NCBI RefSeq assembly: GCF_016127575.1
Contig: NZ_CP066018.1
Span: forward strand, 750,001-782,000
DNA from: Cupriavidus necator
GTDB taxonomy: Bacteria; Pseudomonadota; Gammaproteobacteria; Burkholderiales; Burkholderiaceae
Direction of reading: 5' to 3'
Length of the DNA stretch: 32,000 nucleotides
Numbering within the stretch: position 1 is the first letter of the stretch; each line of letters opens with the position of its first letter. The translations under genes and the position numbers were made by a program. Below the pieces are notes generated by a model that was given only the letters and a program-made list of their open reading frames with translations, was not told the origin of the DNA and did no database searches. Positions 19,010 to 27,030 of the stretch are shown in pieces.

Positions 19010-20320
19010 ATGAAACTGAATCGACTGCCCACCCTGATCTTCATTGCGATGCTGCTCGGCGTGCTGGTCGGCACCGCCGCGCACAACATGGCGCCGGACG
19101 CCGCCACCGCCAAATCGATTGCGGACCACCTGTCCATCCTGACCGATGTATTCCTGCGGATGATCAAGATGATCATCGGCCCGCTGGTGTTCGCCACGCT
19201 GGTGGCCGGCATCGCCAGCATGGGCGATGGCCGCGCCGTGGGCCGCATCGGCCTGAAGGCAATGATGTGGTTCATTGGCGCCTCGATCACCTCGCTGCTG
19301 CTGGGCCTGGTGATGGCCAACCTGCTGGAACCCGGCCACGGCATGAACCTGCCGCTGCCGCCGGCTGACGCGGCCTCGAACCTGAAGACCGGCGCGCTGA
19401 ACCTGCGCGACTTCATCGCCCACATGTTCCCCAAGAGCTTTGTCGAGGCCATGGCGCACAACGAGATCCTGCAGATCGTGGTGTTCTCGCTGTTCTTCGG
19501 CTTTGCGCTGGGCACGGTCAAGGACGGCGTGGGCAAGCCCGTGCTGCAAGGCATCGAAGGCCTCGCCACGGTGATGCTGAAGGTCACCAACTACGTGATG
19601 GCGTTTGCCCCGGTTGGCGTGTTCGGCGCCATCGCGGCGGTGATCACCGCGCAGGGCCTGGGCGTGCTGGTCGTGTACGCCAAGCTGATTGGCAGCCTGT
19701 ACCTGGCGCTGGCGCTGCTGTGGGTGGCGCTGATCGCCGGCGGCTACTTCTTCCTGGGCCGTGACGTGTTCCGCCTGCTCAAGCAGATGCGCGCGCCGCT
19801 GATGATCGGCTTCGCCACCGCCAGCAGCGAATCGGCCTACCCGAAAGTGATCGACCAGCTGACCCGTTTCGGCGTCAAGGAGCGCATCACCAACTTCGTG
19901 CTGCCGCTGGGCTACTCGTTCAACCTGGACGGCTCGATCATGTACACCTCGTTTGCCGCGCTGTTCGTGGCGCAGGTGTATGGCATCGAGCTGTCGCTGA
20001 CCCAGCAGATCACCATGCTGCTGGTCCTGCTTGTCACCAGCAAGGGCATCGCCGGCGTGCCGCGCGCCTCGCTGGTGGTGGTCGCCGCCGTGCTGCCGAT
20101 GTTCGGCCTGCCGGAGGCCGGCATCCTGCTGGTGCTGGGCATCGACCACGTACTCGACATGGGTCGCACCGTGACCAATGTGCTCGGCAATGCGATTGCC
20201 ACCGCCGTCGTCGCCAAAAGCGAAGACGCCATCGGCGCGCCGGTACCGTCCGAGGAGGATGAACCCGCCGCGGATACCACCACCGGCCTGGCACCTGCCC
20301 AGGTCCTCGCGGGCAAGTAA
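19010..20320 (+). CDS. dctA: C4-dicarboxylate transporter DctA (dicarboxylate/amino acid:cation symporter family)
   Basis: 436 aa: MKLNRLPTLIFIAMLLGVLVGTAAH...FLRMIKMIIGPLVFATLVAGIASMGD...SSESAYPKV...TSKGIAGVPRASLVV... Typical DAACS motifs. Followed by dctB and dctD. Confidence 0.95.
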   Translation: MKLNRLPTLIFIAMLLGVLVGTAAHNMAPDAATAKSIADHLSILTDVFLRMIKMIIGPLVFATLVAGIASMGDGRAVGRIGLKAMMWFIGASITSLLLGLVMANLLEPGHGMNLPLPPADAASNLKTGALNLRDFIAHMFPKSFVEAMAHNEILQIVVFSLFFGFALGTVKDGVGKPVLQGIEGLATVMLKVTNYVMAFAPVGVFGAIAAVITAQGLGVLVVYAKLIGSLYLALALLWVALIAGGYFFLGRDVFRLLKQMRAPLMIGFATASSESAYPKVIDQLTRFGVKERITNFVLPLGYSFNLDGSIMYTSFAALFVAQVYGIELSLTQQITMLLVLLVTSKGIAGVPRASLVVVAAVLPMFGLPEAGILLVLGIDHVLDMGRTVTNVLGNAIATAVVAKSEDAIGAPVPSEEDEPAADTTTGLAPAQVLAGK

Positions 20321-20342
20321 TACCGTCCGCCAGGCGTGCCAG

Positions 20343-20376
20343 GGCCCGGTTGCCGATACGGCAACCGGGCCTTTTT
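20343..20376 (+). terminator. Rho-independent terminator of dctA
   Basis: GGCCCGGTTGCCG, loop ata, CGGCAACCGGGCC: a perfect 13-bp stem, followed by TTTTT (20372..20376). It starts 23 nt after the dctA stop. Confidence 0.9.
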
Positions 20377-20485
20377 GCATTCTGGCGCGGCACCGCCCCC
20401 CTGGTGTGGTAAAAGTAGGCACCCGCGCCGGCCCTGCCCCTCTGGTCCGCGCGGCGGCTTTGCCACCTGCCTCACCCAACACCTG

Positions 20486-22435
20486 ATGACCGGTCCGCTA
20501 CACCCTCCCGGCGATACCACCCGCGCCACCGCACCTGCGTCCGCCGCACCCACCGGCTCGCGCCTGCCCCACGGCCTGCGCGGCCTTGCGCCGCTGCTCG
20601 CGCTGCTGGCGCTGGCCATGCTGGTGGGCCTGGCGGGCTCGCTCGGCTACCGCTACAGCTACGACACCGCGCTGGCGCGCCAGGCCGAACGCGGCCAGGT
20701 GCAGTTGCGGCTGTACACGCAGGCACTGGAAAGCGAGCTGGCCCACTACGACTACGTGCCCGGCCTGCTGTCGCTGGACGAGCGCATCGCCGCGCTGCTG
20801 CTGCGCCCGGACGACGCCGCCCGCGCGGCACGCGCCAATGACTACCTGAGCGCCCTCAATACGCGCGCCGGCACGCGCGTGATCTATGTGCTGGATGCGC
20901 ACGGCAAGGTGCTGGCCAGCAGCAACTGGCAGCGCCCGGACAGCTACCTGGGCGAAGCGCTGAGTTTCCGCCCGTACTTCCAGGCGGCCATGGACGGCCA
21001 GTTGGGGCGCTTCTACGGCGTGGGCACCACCCGCAGCGAATCGGGCTACTACCTGTCGGCGCCGCTGGGCGAGCGCGACAACCCGGTCGGCGTGGCGGTG
21101 GTCAAGATTGGCCTGGAGCCGCTGGAGAACCGCTGGCAGGGCGCCGACAGCCAGATGCTGCTGACCGACGAGAACGGCGTGGTGATCCTGGCCTCGGACC
21201 CGTCGTGGAAGCTGGCCGCACTGCGCCCCCTGTCACCCGAGGCGCGCGAGCGCCTGATGCGCAGCCTGCAGTACAACCGCGCCCCGCTGCCGCAACTGCC
21301 GCTGACCCTGGTGCGCAAGCTGAACAACGGCAACGGCAGCAGCAGCGACGAACTGGTGCGCCTGCGCCGCGGCCCGCCGATGCTGGCGCAGCATGCCGCG
21401 CTGCCCGGCACCGACTGGCAGCTGACGCTGCTGACCAATACCTCGCAGGCACGCGTGGCCGCGCTCAACACGGCGGCGCTGGCCGGCGTGCTGAGCGCCT
21501 TCGTGCTGCTGCTGGGGGCGGCGTGGAACGTGCGCCGGCGCATCGTCAACGAGCGCCTGGCGGCGCGCGCCGCGCTGGAGGCGGCCAACAGCGAGCTGGA
21601 GCGCAAGGTGGCCGATCGCACCGCCGACCTGTCCACCTCCAACCAGCGCCTGCAGGCCGAGGTGGCCGAACGCATCCGTGCCGAGACCGTGCTGCGCCAG
21701 GCCCAGGACGGGCTGCTGCAGGCCGGCAAGCTGGCCGCCGTGGGGCAGATGTCGACCGGCATCGCGCATGAGCTGAACCAGCCGCTGGCGGCGCTGCGCA
21801 CCATCTCAGGCAATACCGGCAAGTTCCTCGAGCGCGGCGACTACGCCACCGTGCGCGCCAACCTCGACACCATCATCGGGCTGGTCGAACGCATGGGCCG
21901 CATCACTGGCGCGCTCAAGTCGTTTGCACGCAAGTCCGGCAACGGCCGCCGCCAGGCCAGGCTGGCCGAAGCGGTGGACAACGCATTGTTCCTGCTGCAG
22001 ACGCGCGTGGACGCGGTCCAACCCGCGCTGCAGCGCGATGTCGATCCGACGCTGGCGGTGGTGTGCGATCCCAACCGCCTGGAACAGGTACTGGTGAACC
22101 TGCTCGGCAACGCGCTCGATGCCCTCGCCGGCCAGCCCGCGCCGCGCATTGCGCTGCACGCGCACGTGGCGGGCGCCATGGTCCACCTGACCGTGCGCGA
22201 CAATGGCGCCGGCTTGTCCGAGGAAGCCTTCGCACGACTGTTCGAGCCCTTCTTCACCACCAAGCCCGCCGGGCAAGGGCTGGGGCTCGGCCTCACGCTG
22301 TCGGCCGGCATCCTCAATGAAAACGGCGGCAGCCTGTCCGCCGCCAACCACCCGGACGGCGGCGCCTGCTTCACGCTGGTGCTGCCGCTGGCGCCGCACG
22401 ACGCCAACCCACAGGACGCAAAGCATGCCGGCTGA
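20486..22435 (+). CDS. dctB: C4-dicarboxylate sensor histidine kinase DctB
   Basis: Track ORF 20336..22435 trimmed to ATG 20486; 649 aa. Order: TM segment, periplasmic sensing region, second TM segment, then kinase core. Kinase motifs: H-box GIAHELNQPL, N-box NLLGNALDA, G-boxes DNGAGL and GQGLGLGL. Confidence 0.88.
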   Translation: MTGPLHPPGDTTRATAPASAAPTGSRLPHGLRGLAPLLALLALAMLVGLAGSLGYRYSYDTALARQAERGQVQLRLYTQALESELAHYDYVPGLLSLDERIAALLLRPDDAARAARANDYLSALNTRAGTRVIYVLDAHGKVLASSNWQRPDSYLGEALSFRPYFQAAMDGQLGRFYGVGTTRSESGYYLSAPLGERDNPVGVAVVKIGLEPLENRWQGADSQMLLTDENGVVILASDPSWKLAALRPLSPEARERLMRSLQYNRAPLPQLPLTLVRKLNNGNGSSSDELVRLRRGPPMLAQHAALPGTDWQLTLLTNTSQARVAALNTAALAGVLSAFVLLLGAAWNVRRRIVNERLAARAALEAANSELERKVADRTADLSTSNQRLQAEVAERIRAETVLRQAQDGLLQAGKLAAVGQMSTGIAHELNQPLAALRTISGNTGKFLERGDYATVRANLDTIIGLVERMGRITGALKSFARKSGNGRRQARLAEAVDNALFLLQTRVDAVQPALQRDVDPTLAVVCDPNRLEQVLVNLLGNALDALAGQPAPRIALHAHVAGAMVHLTVRDNGAGLSEEAFARLFEPFFTTKPAGQGLGLGLTLSAGILNENGGSLSAANHPDGGACFTLVLPLAPHDANPQDAKHAG

Positions 22436-23744
22436 CCTGACTGTACTGATCGTCGAGGACGATGCCGACGTACGCCTGGGCTGCGAGCAGGCGCTGCGCC
22501 TGGAGGGCATTGCCACGCGTGGCGTGGGCAGCGCCGAGGCCGCGTTGCGCGAGGCCGGGCCGGGCTATGCCGGCGTGGTCGTCAGCGACATTCGCCTGCC
22601 GGGCCAGGACGGCATGGCGCTGCTCGCGCAACTGCGCGAGCGCGACCCCGCGCTGCCGGTGATCATGATCACCGGCCATGGCGACGTGGGGCTGGCGGTG
22701 CAGGCGATGAAGCAAGGCGCCTACGACTTCCTGGAAAAGCCGTTCTCGCCCGAGCAGCTGGTGGACGCCACGCGCCGCGCGCTGGAGCAACGCCGGCTCG
22801 CGCTGGAAGTGTCAGAACTGCGAGAACGGCTGGCGGGCCGCCAGAAGCTGGAAGCCCACCTGATCGGCCATTCGCCCACGGTCGAGCGGCTGCGCCGCCT
22901 GATCGCCGACCTGGCCGGCACCGACGCCAATGTGCTGATCCACGGCGAGACCGGCACCGGCAAGGAACTGGTGGCGCGCTGCCTGCATGAGGCCAGCCAG
23001 CGCCACGCGCGCAACTTTGTTGCCATCAACTGCGGCGGCCTGCCAGAACAGCTGTTCGAGAGCGAGATCTTCGGCCATGAAGCCGGCTCGTTCACCGGTG
23101 CCGCGCGCCGCCGCATCGGCAAGATCGAACACGCCGAAGGCGGCACGCTGTTTCTCGACGAGATCGAGAGCATGCCGATGCCGCTGCAGATCAAGCTGCT
23201 GCGGGTGCTGCAGGAACGCGTGGTGGAACGGCTTGGCTCCAACCAGCCGGTGCCGGTCAACACGCGCGTGGTGGCCGCCACCAAGGCCGACCTGCGCGCG
23301 CTCTCCGATGCCGGCCAGTTCCGCGCCGACCTGTATTACCGCCTGAACGTGATCACGCTGGAATTGCCGCCGCTGCGCGAGCGGCGCGAAGACGTGCCAG
23401 CTTTGTTCGAGCATTTCGTCGCGCAGGCCGCGTTGCGCTTCAACCGCGAGGCTGTGCCCGCGACCCCGGCCGAGCTGGCCGCGCTGGTAGCCTACCCATG
23501 GCCCGGCAATGTGCGCGAGCTGCGCAACCTGGCCGAGCGCCATGTGCTGGGGCTGGGCTGCAACCCCGGCCACGGCACCACCGCTCCCGAAGCCCTGCCG
23601 CTGGCGCAGGCAGTCGAGCAATTCGAGCGCGCACTGATTGCCGATGCCATGCGCCGCCACGACGGCAACCTGAGCCGCGCCAGCGAAGCCCTGGGCGTGG
23701 CGAAGACCACGCTGTTCGACAAGGTGCGCAAGTACGGGCTTTGA
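22425..23744 (+). CDS. dctD: Sigma54-dependent response regulator DctD
   Basis: Track ORF trimmed to ATG 22425, overlapping the dctB stop by 11 nt; 439 aa. Receiver domain (LIVEDDADV...VVSDIRLPGQDG). AAA+ sigma54-activator core (GETGTGKE Walker A; GSFTGA variant of the GAFTGA loop). C-terminal Fis-type HTH (NLSRASEALGVAKTTLFDKVRKYGL). Confidence 0.93.
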   Translation: MPADLTVLIVEDDADVRLGCEQALRLEGIATRGVGSAEAALREAGPGYAGVVVSDIRLPGQDGMALLAQLRERDPALPVIMITGHGDVGLAVQAMKQGAYDFLEKPFSPEQLVDATRRALEQRRLALEVSELRERLAGRQKLEAHLIGHSPTVERLRRLIADLAGTDANVLIHGETGTGKELVARCLHEASQRHARNFVAINCGGLPEQLFESEIFGHEAGSFTGAARRRIGKIEHAEGGTLFLDEIESMPMPLQIKLLRVLQERVVERLGSNQPVPVNTRVVAATKADLRALSDAGQFRADLYYRLNVITLELPPLRERREDVPALFEHFVAQAALRFNREAVPATPAELAALVAYPWPGNVRELRNLAERHVLGLGCNPGHGTTAPEALPLAQAVEQFERALIADAMRRHDGNLSRASEALGVAKTTLFDKVRKYGL

Positions 23745-23811
23745 AGCGTGGCCGGGGAATCGGGAACAGTCGCGCCGGCCATGCCGCGCAATCTGTCATG
23801 TCACGACAGAA

Positions 23812-23849
23812 CTCTGAAGCGCCCGCTGTATTCAGCGGATGCTTCAGAG
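23812..23849 (+). other. Compound stem-loop downstream of dctD
   Basis: CTCTGAAGC-g-CCGCTG-tatt-CAGCGG-at-GCTTCAGAG: a 9-bp outer stem plus a 6-bp inner stem. No U-tract follows. It lies 68 nt after the dctD stop. Confidence 0.35.
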
Positions 23850-24224
23850 CTGCGTCGAACCCCGGGGAACCACCGGGGCAGGACAATGTCTCCGTTACTG
23901 TCGTGCCTGCCTGCAAGCACCAATGTGCGTTAAACAACCAATACGCGATGGATTTATGTTTTTTCTTACAGATGGATTGGCGTTTGCGGCATATTATTGG
24001 CTTCCAGCAGATCCGAGTCTGAGATCTTCAATACGTCCAGAAAGTCGCTGATCGGCTGGAAATGAAAGAAACAACAAATTTATAAAGAAAGCCGTCCGGC
24101 CGGCGGGGGAGCGGGTCAGGACAAAGGGTCAGTCAACCATTGGCAGTGACAACCGCGCGGCGCATGTGCCTGGCGCCGCGGGCGCCGTCCCGGCGCGACT
24201 GCCTTCAGGACCACGGGTGATGGG

Positions 24225-24821
24225 ATGAAACTGGATCCGGCACTGGCTGAAAAGCCTTATTACAGCACGCGTACAGCGGCAAAACTGCTTAACGTCTCTC
24301 TGGGCACCGTCCAGAAGATGGTCGAGCGCGGCGAACTTGGCGCCTGGAAGACCAACGGCGGCCATCGGCGCATCCACAAGGAGACCGTGCACCGCCTGCT
24401 GGCGACGCGCATCGGGCCGGAATCGGCGTCGCCGCACGGCCTGGACCTGGTGGTATTCCACCCCAACCACCAGGAAGCGCAGCGCATCCACGGCCAGCTT
24501 GCCAAGTGGGGGCTGCCGCTCAAGAGCGTGGTGGTCGACGATGTGCTGGACACCGTCATCACCTCGGTCAGCGAGCATCCGCGCGTGGTGCTGTACTACG
24601 TCGACGAACTGAACGACGCCGAGTCGGCCACCATCGAGAAGCTACAAAATTTCTTTGCCAGCCAGCACGTGATCTTCGCCGTGATCACCAACCGCCAGGC
24701 CTATGAAGGCGTGGCCGATGCCCTGCAGCACTGGGGCATCATGGTGTTCCTGAAGACGCCGTCGCTGGAAGAGGTCAAGGGCTTCCTGCGCGCCCAGCTG
24801 ATGATGGGCCGCACCGCCTGA
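24225..24821 (+). CDS. Orphan regulator: excisionase/MerR-type HTH (HTH_17-like) fused to a CheY-like receiver-type domain
   Basis: 198 aa. The N-terminus YYSTRTAAKLLNVSLGTVQKMVERGELGAWKTNGGHRRIHKETVHRLL matches the excisionase-family DNA-binding pattern. The C-terminal ~125 aa show an alternating beta/alpha receiver-like pattern (LDLVVFHPN / VVLYYVDELND / IFAVITN / MVFLKTP). The domain call is by eye only. Confidence 0.7.
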   Translation: MKLDPALAEKPYYSTRTAAKLLNVSLGTVQKMVERGELGAWKTNGGHRRIHKETVHRLLATRIGPESASPHGLDLVVFHPNHQEAQRIHGQLAKWGLPLKSVVVDDVLDTVITSVSEHPRVVLYYVDELNDAESATIEKLQNFFASQHVIFAVITNRQAYEGVADALQHWGIMVFLKTPSLEEVKGFLRAQLMMGRTA

Positions 24822-24831
24822 GCACGGCTGC

Positions 24832-24854
24832 GCCGGGGCCATGCCGGCCCCGGC
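24832..24854. terminator. GC hairpin between convergent genes (possible bidirectional terminator)
   Basis: GCCGGGGCC, loop atgcc, GGCCCCGGC: a perfect 9-bp stem in the 46-bp gap between the stop at 24821 (+) and the stop at 24868 (-). No clear U-tract on either strand. Confidence 0.4.
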
Positions 24855-24867
24855 ATCGCTTGCAGCC

Positions 24868-25953
24868 TCAGGCCACTGCCGCCTGCCGCGGCGTTGCCAG
24901 CCCGGCTTCGTCGCCGTCGGCCTGCGCCATCATCCAGCCGTACAGGTTGCGCGGATCCGGCGGCATCGCCACCAGCTCAACCGCCCTGCCCGCCCGGTGC
25001 GCCTGCGCTGCGGTGTAGAGCCAGCGCAGCGCGGCGTAGTCTTCCAGCGCAAACCCAACCGAATCGAACACGGTCACCTCGTCCGCCGCCGCGCGGCCGG
25101 GCGCGTGGCCGGCCAGCACCTGCCACAGCTCGGTCACCGGCGCGTCGGCCGGCAACTGCTGGATCTCGCCTTCGATGCGCGTCTGGTCTTCGTATTCCAC
25201 CACGATGCGCGCGCGGCGCAGGATATCGGGGTGCAGTTCAGTCTTGCCGGGGCAGTCGCCGCCAACCGCATTAAGGTGCATGCCGGGCCGCACCATTTCC
25301 GGCGTGAGGATGGTGGCGCGAGTCTTGTCGGCGGTGACCGTGGAGACAATGTCCGCCCCGGCCAGCGCGGCCTCGATCGATTCGGCACGCCGGATCGAAA
25401 GTCCGGGTACGCCACCAAGGTTGCGCATCAGCCGTGTGGTGGCGGCGGGATCGATGTCATAGGCGGCGATCTCGCGCACGCCCAGCATCGCCTGGAAGGC
25501 CAGCACCTGGAACTCGGCCTGCGCGCCGTTGCCGATCAGCGCCATCGTCGCCGCACCGGGCCGCGCCATGGCGCGCGCCGCCAGCGCCGAGGTGGCCGCG
25601 GTGCGCAGCGCAGTGGCCAGCGTCAGGTCGGCCAGCATCAGCGGGAAGCCGGTTTCCACCTCGGCCAGCAGGCCGCAGGCCATCACCGTCGGCATGCCAT
25701 GCTGCGCATTGCGCGGATGGCCGTTGACATACTTGAACGCATACTGGATGCCGTCGCTGACCGGCATCAGCTCGATCACGCCACGCGCGGAATGGCTCGC
25801 CAGCCGCGCGGACTTGTCGAAGTCGTGCCAGCGCAGAAAGGCCTGCCGGACCTGCCCGGCCAGGTCCACGATGGCGGCCTGCGGGCCGATGGTGGCCACC
25901 AGCCGGGCCACGTCACTGGCGTCCAGGAACAGGGATCGGGCGGTGCTTTTCAT
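24868..25953 (-). CDS. ocd: Ornithine cyclodeaminase (mu-crystallin family)
   Basis: Track ORF 24868..26049 trimmed to ATG (complement 25951..25953), with an AAGGAG SD. 361 aa. Closely resembles Pseudomonas-type OCD as I remember it: ...FDKSARLASHSARGVIELMPVSDGIQYAFKYVNGHP...ALIGNGAQAEFQ...HLNAVGGDCPGKTELH...VFDSVGFALEDY. Confidence 0.9.
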   Translation of the reverse strand: MKSTARSLFLDASDVARLVATIGPQAAIVDLAGQVRQAFLRWHDFDKSARLASHSARGVIELMPVSDGIQYAFKYVNGHPRNAQHGMPTVMACGLLAEVETGFPLMLADLTLATALRTAATSALAARAMARPGAATMALIGNGAQAEFQVLAFQAMLGVREIAAYDIDPAATTRLMRNLGGVPGLSIRRAESIEAALAGADIVSTVTADKTRATILTPEMVRPGMHLNAVGGDCPGKTELHPDILRRARIVVEYEDQTRIEGEIQQLPADAPVTELWQVLAGHAPGRAAADEVTVFDSVGFALEDYAALRWLYTAAQAHRAGRAVELVAMPPDPRNLYGWMMAQADGDEAGLATPRQAAVA

Positions 25954-25988
25954 GACCGTCTCCTTGGCTGTCTGTGCGATGCCTGCAC

Positions 25989-26867
25989 TCAGGCCGCCAC
26001 CGCGGCGATGCCCGGCCCGCTGCGGCGATCCAGGCGCAGCGTCATGCAATAGGCGCCGCCGCCGGACAGCATGAAGGGCGACAGGTCGACCTCATGCAGC
26101 TGGTAGCCGCGCCGGCCCAGCTCGGTGCGCAGGTGCGGCGTGGTGCGGGTCATCACCACCTGGTCGTCGAGATTGACGGCATTGACGCTGAAGTGGCGCA
26201 GGTCGTCGGCGCTGGCCTCGATGCGCAGCCGCGCCGGCACGCGCGCGCGCAATTCGCGCAACGCCGCTTCGCTGAAGGCCGGCGGGTAGTACAGCACCTC
26301 GCCGCCGGAAAGCGGGCAGAAGCAGACGTCCAGGTGGTAGCTCTGCTCGGTGGCCAGTTCCAGCGCCACCACGTCCTTGCCGAAGTAGTTCGACACCGCC
26401 ACGGCTGCCTCATGCGACGAGCGCGGACCGAACCCGGCCCAGAAGTGGCCGCGGCCGGCATCCCAGATGCAGTCGCCCGCGCCTTCCTGGAAGCAGCCCT
26501 CGGGCAGCAGCGCGACTTCGTCGAGCAGGCCGCGTTCGCGCAGCTTGCCGAAGATGTCGGCGAACGGCGCTTCTTCACCACGGCGTTGCGGGTAGCGAAA
26601 GCGCGCCAGCAACGCGCGGCCATCGAGCACCACCGCGGCGTTGGCCGGGAACACCATGTCGGGCAGCCCCGGCGCGCCGGGGGCCACCTCGACCGCAAAG
26701 CCGGCCCGGCCCAGCGCCTCGCGCAGCGCGTCGAACGACTGCATCGCGCTGCGGTGCATGCCGCGCGGGTCGCGTGCCCAGGCAGCCGGGTCCATCCACG
26801 GATTGATGCTGTACGACACGTCGTAGAAGGTCGGCTCGACCAGCAGGATCGTGGGGGAGTGGGTCAC
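25989..26867 (-). CDS. Guanidino-group-modifying enzyme superfamily protein (amidinotransferase / DDAH / arginine dihydrolase-like)
   Basis: 292 aa: MTHSPTILLVEPTFYDVSYSINPWMDP...SYHLDVCFCPL...LSGGGAYCMTLRL. The HxD and C-terminal GGGxxC(M) motifs are typical of the amidinotransferase/arginine deiminase fold. 35 nt upstream of ocd on the same strand. Confidence 0.85.
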   Translation of the reverse strand: MTHSPTILLVEPTFYDVSYSINPWMDPAAWARDPRGMHRSAMQSFDALREALGRAGFAVEVAPGAPGLPDMVFPANAAVVLDGRALLARFRYPQRRGEEAPFADIFGKLRERGLLDEVALLPEGCFQEGAGDCIWDAGRGHFWAGFGPRSSHEAAVAVSNYFGKDVVALELATEQSYHLDVCFCPLSGGEVLYYPPAFSEAALRELRARVPARLRIEASADDLRHFSVNAVNLDDQVVMTRTTPHLRTELGRRGYQLHEVDLSPFMLSGGGAYCMTLRLDRRSGPGIAAVAA

Positions 26868-26950
26868 GGGGGCTCCATTTTTGATGGCAGGTTTCGGGAA
26901 ATCAATCGCTCGATTGAATTCTCGGGCAAGCTGGTGTTAACTAATAGCCA

Positions 26951-26968
26951 GCAAATTGCGCAATTTGC
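26951..26968. promoter_or_regulatory. Perfect 18-bp palindrome; candidate operator in the lrp / GME-ocd divergent region
   Basis: GCAAATTGC|GCAATTTGC is a perfect inverted repeat. It lies 63 nt upstream of the Lrp/AsnC-family gene start and 84 nt upstream of the divergent operon start. Confidence 0.5.
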
Positions 26969-27030
26969 GCGAGGCATTTATCAAAATGCCAGCGTATGCT
27001 GGCGCTTTGAAAAGACTGTTTGCCCACCCC

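Noticed and set aside
23941-24085. Tiny AT-rich ORFs (MDLCFFLQMDWRLRHIIGFQQIRV ending at 24022; MKETTNL at 24062..24085)
   Set aside because: They lack SDs, their composition simply mirrors the AT-rich spacer, and they show no recognisable features.
24225-24821. Excisionase-type HTH as evidence for a prophage or integrative element
   Set aside because: There is no integrase, recombinase, tRNA gene, att-like direct repeats or phage genes anywhere in the window. The flanking genes are ordinary metabolic loci. The HTH_17 fold is also widely used by non-mobile regulators.
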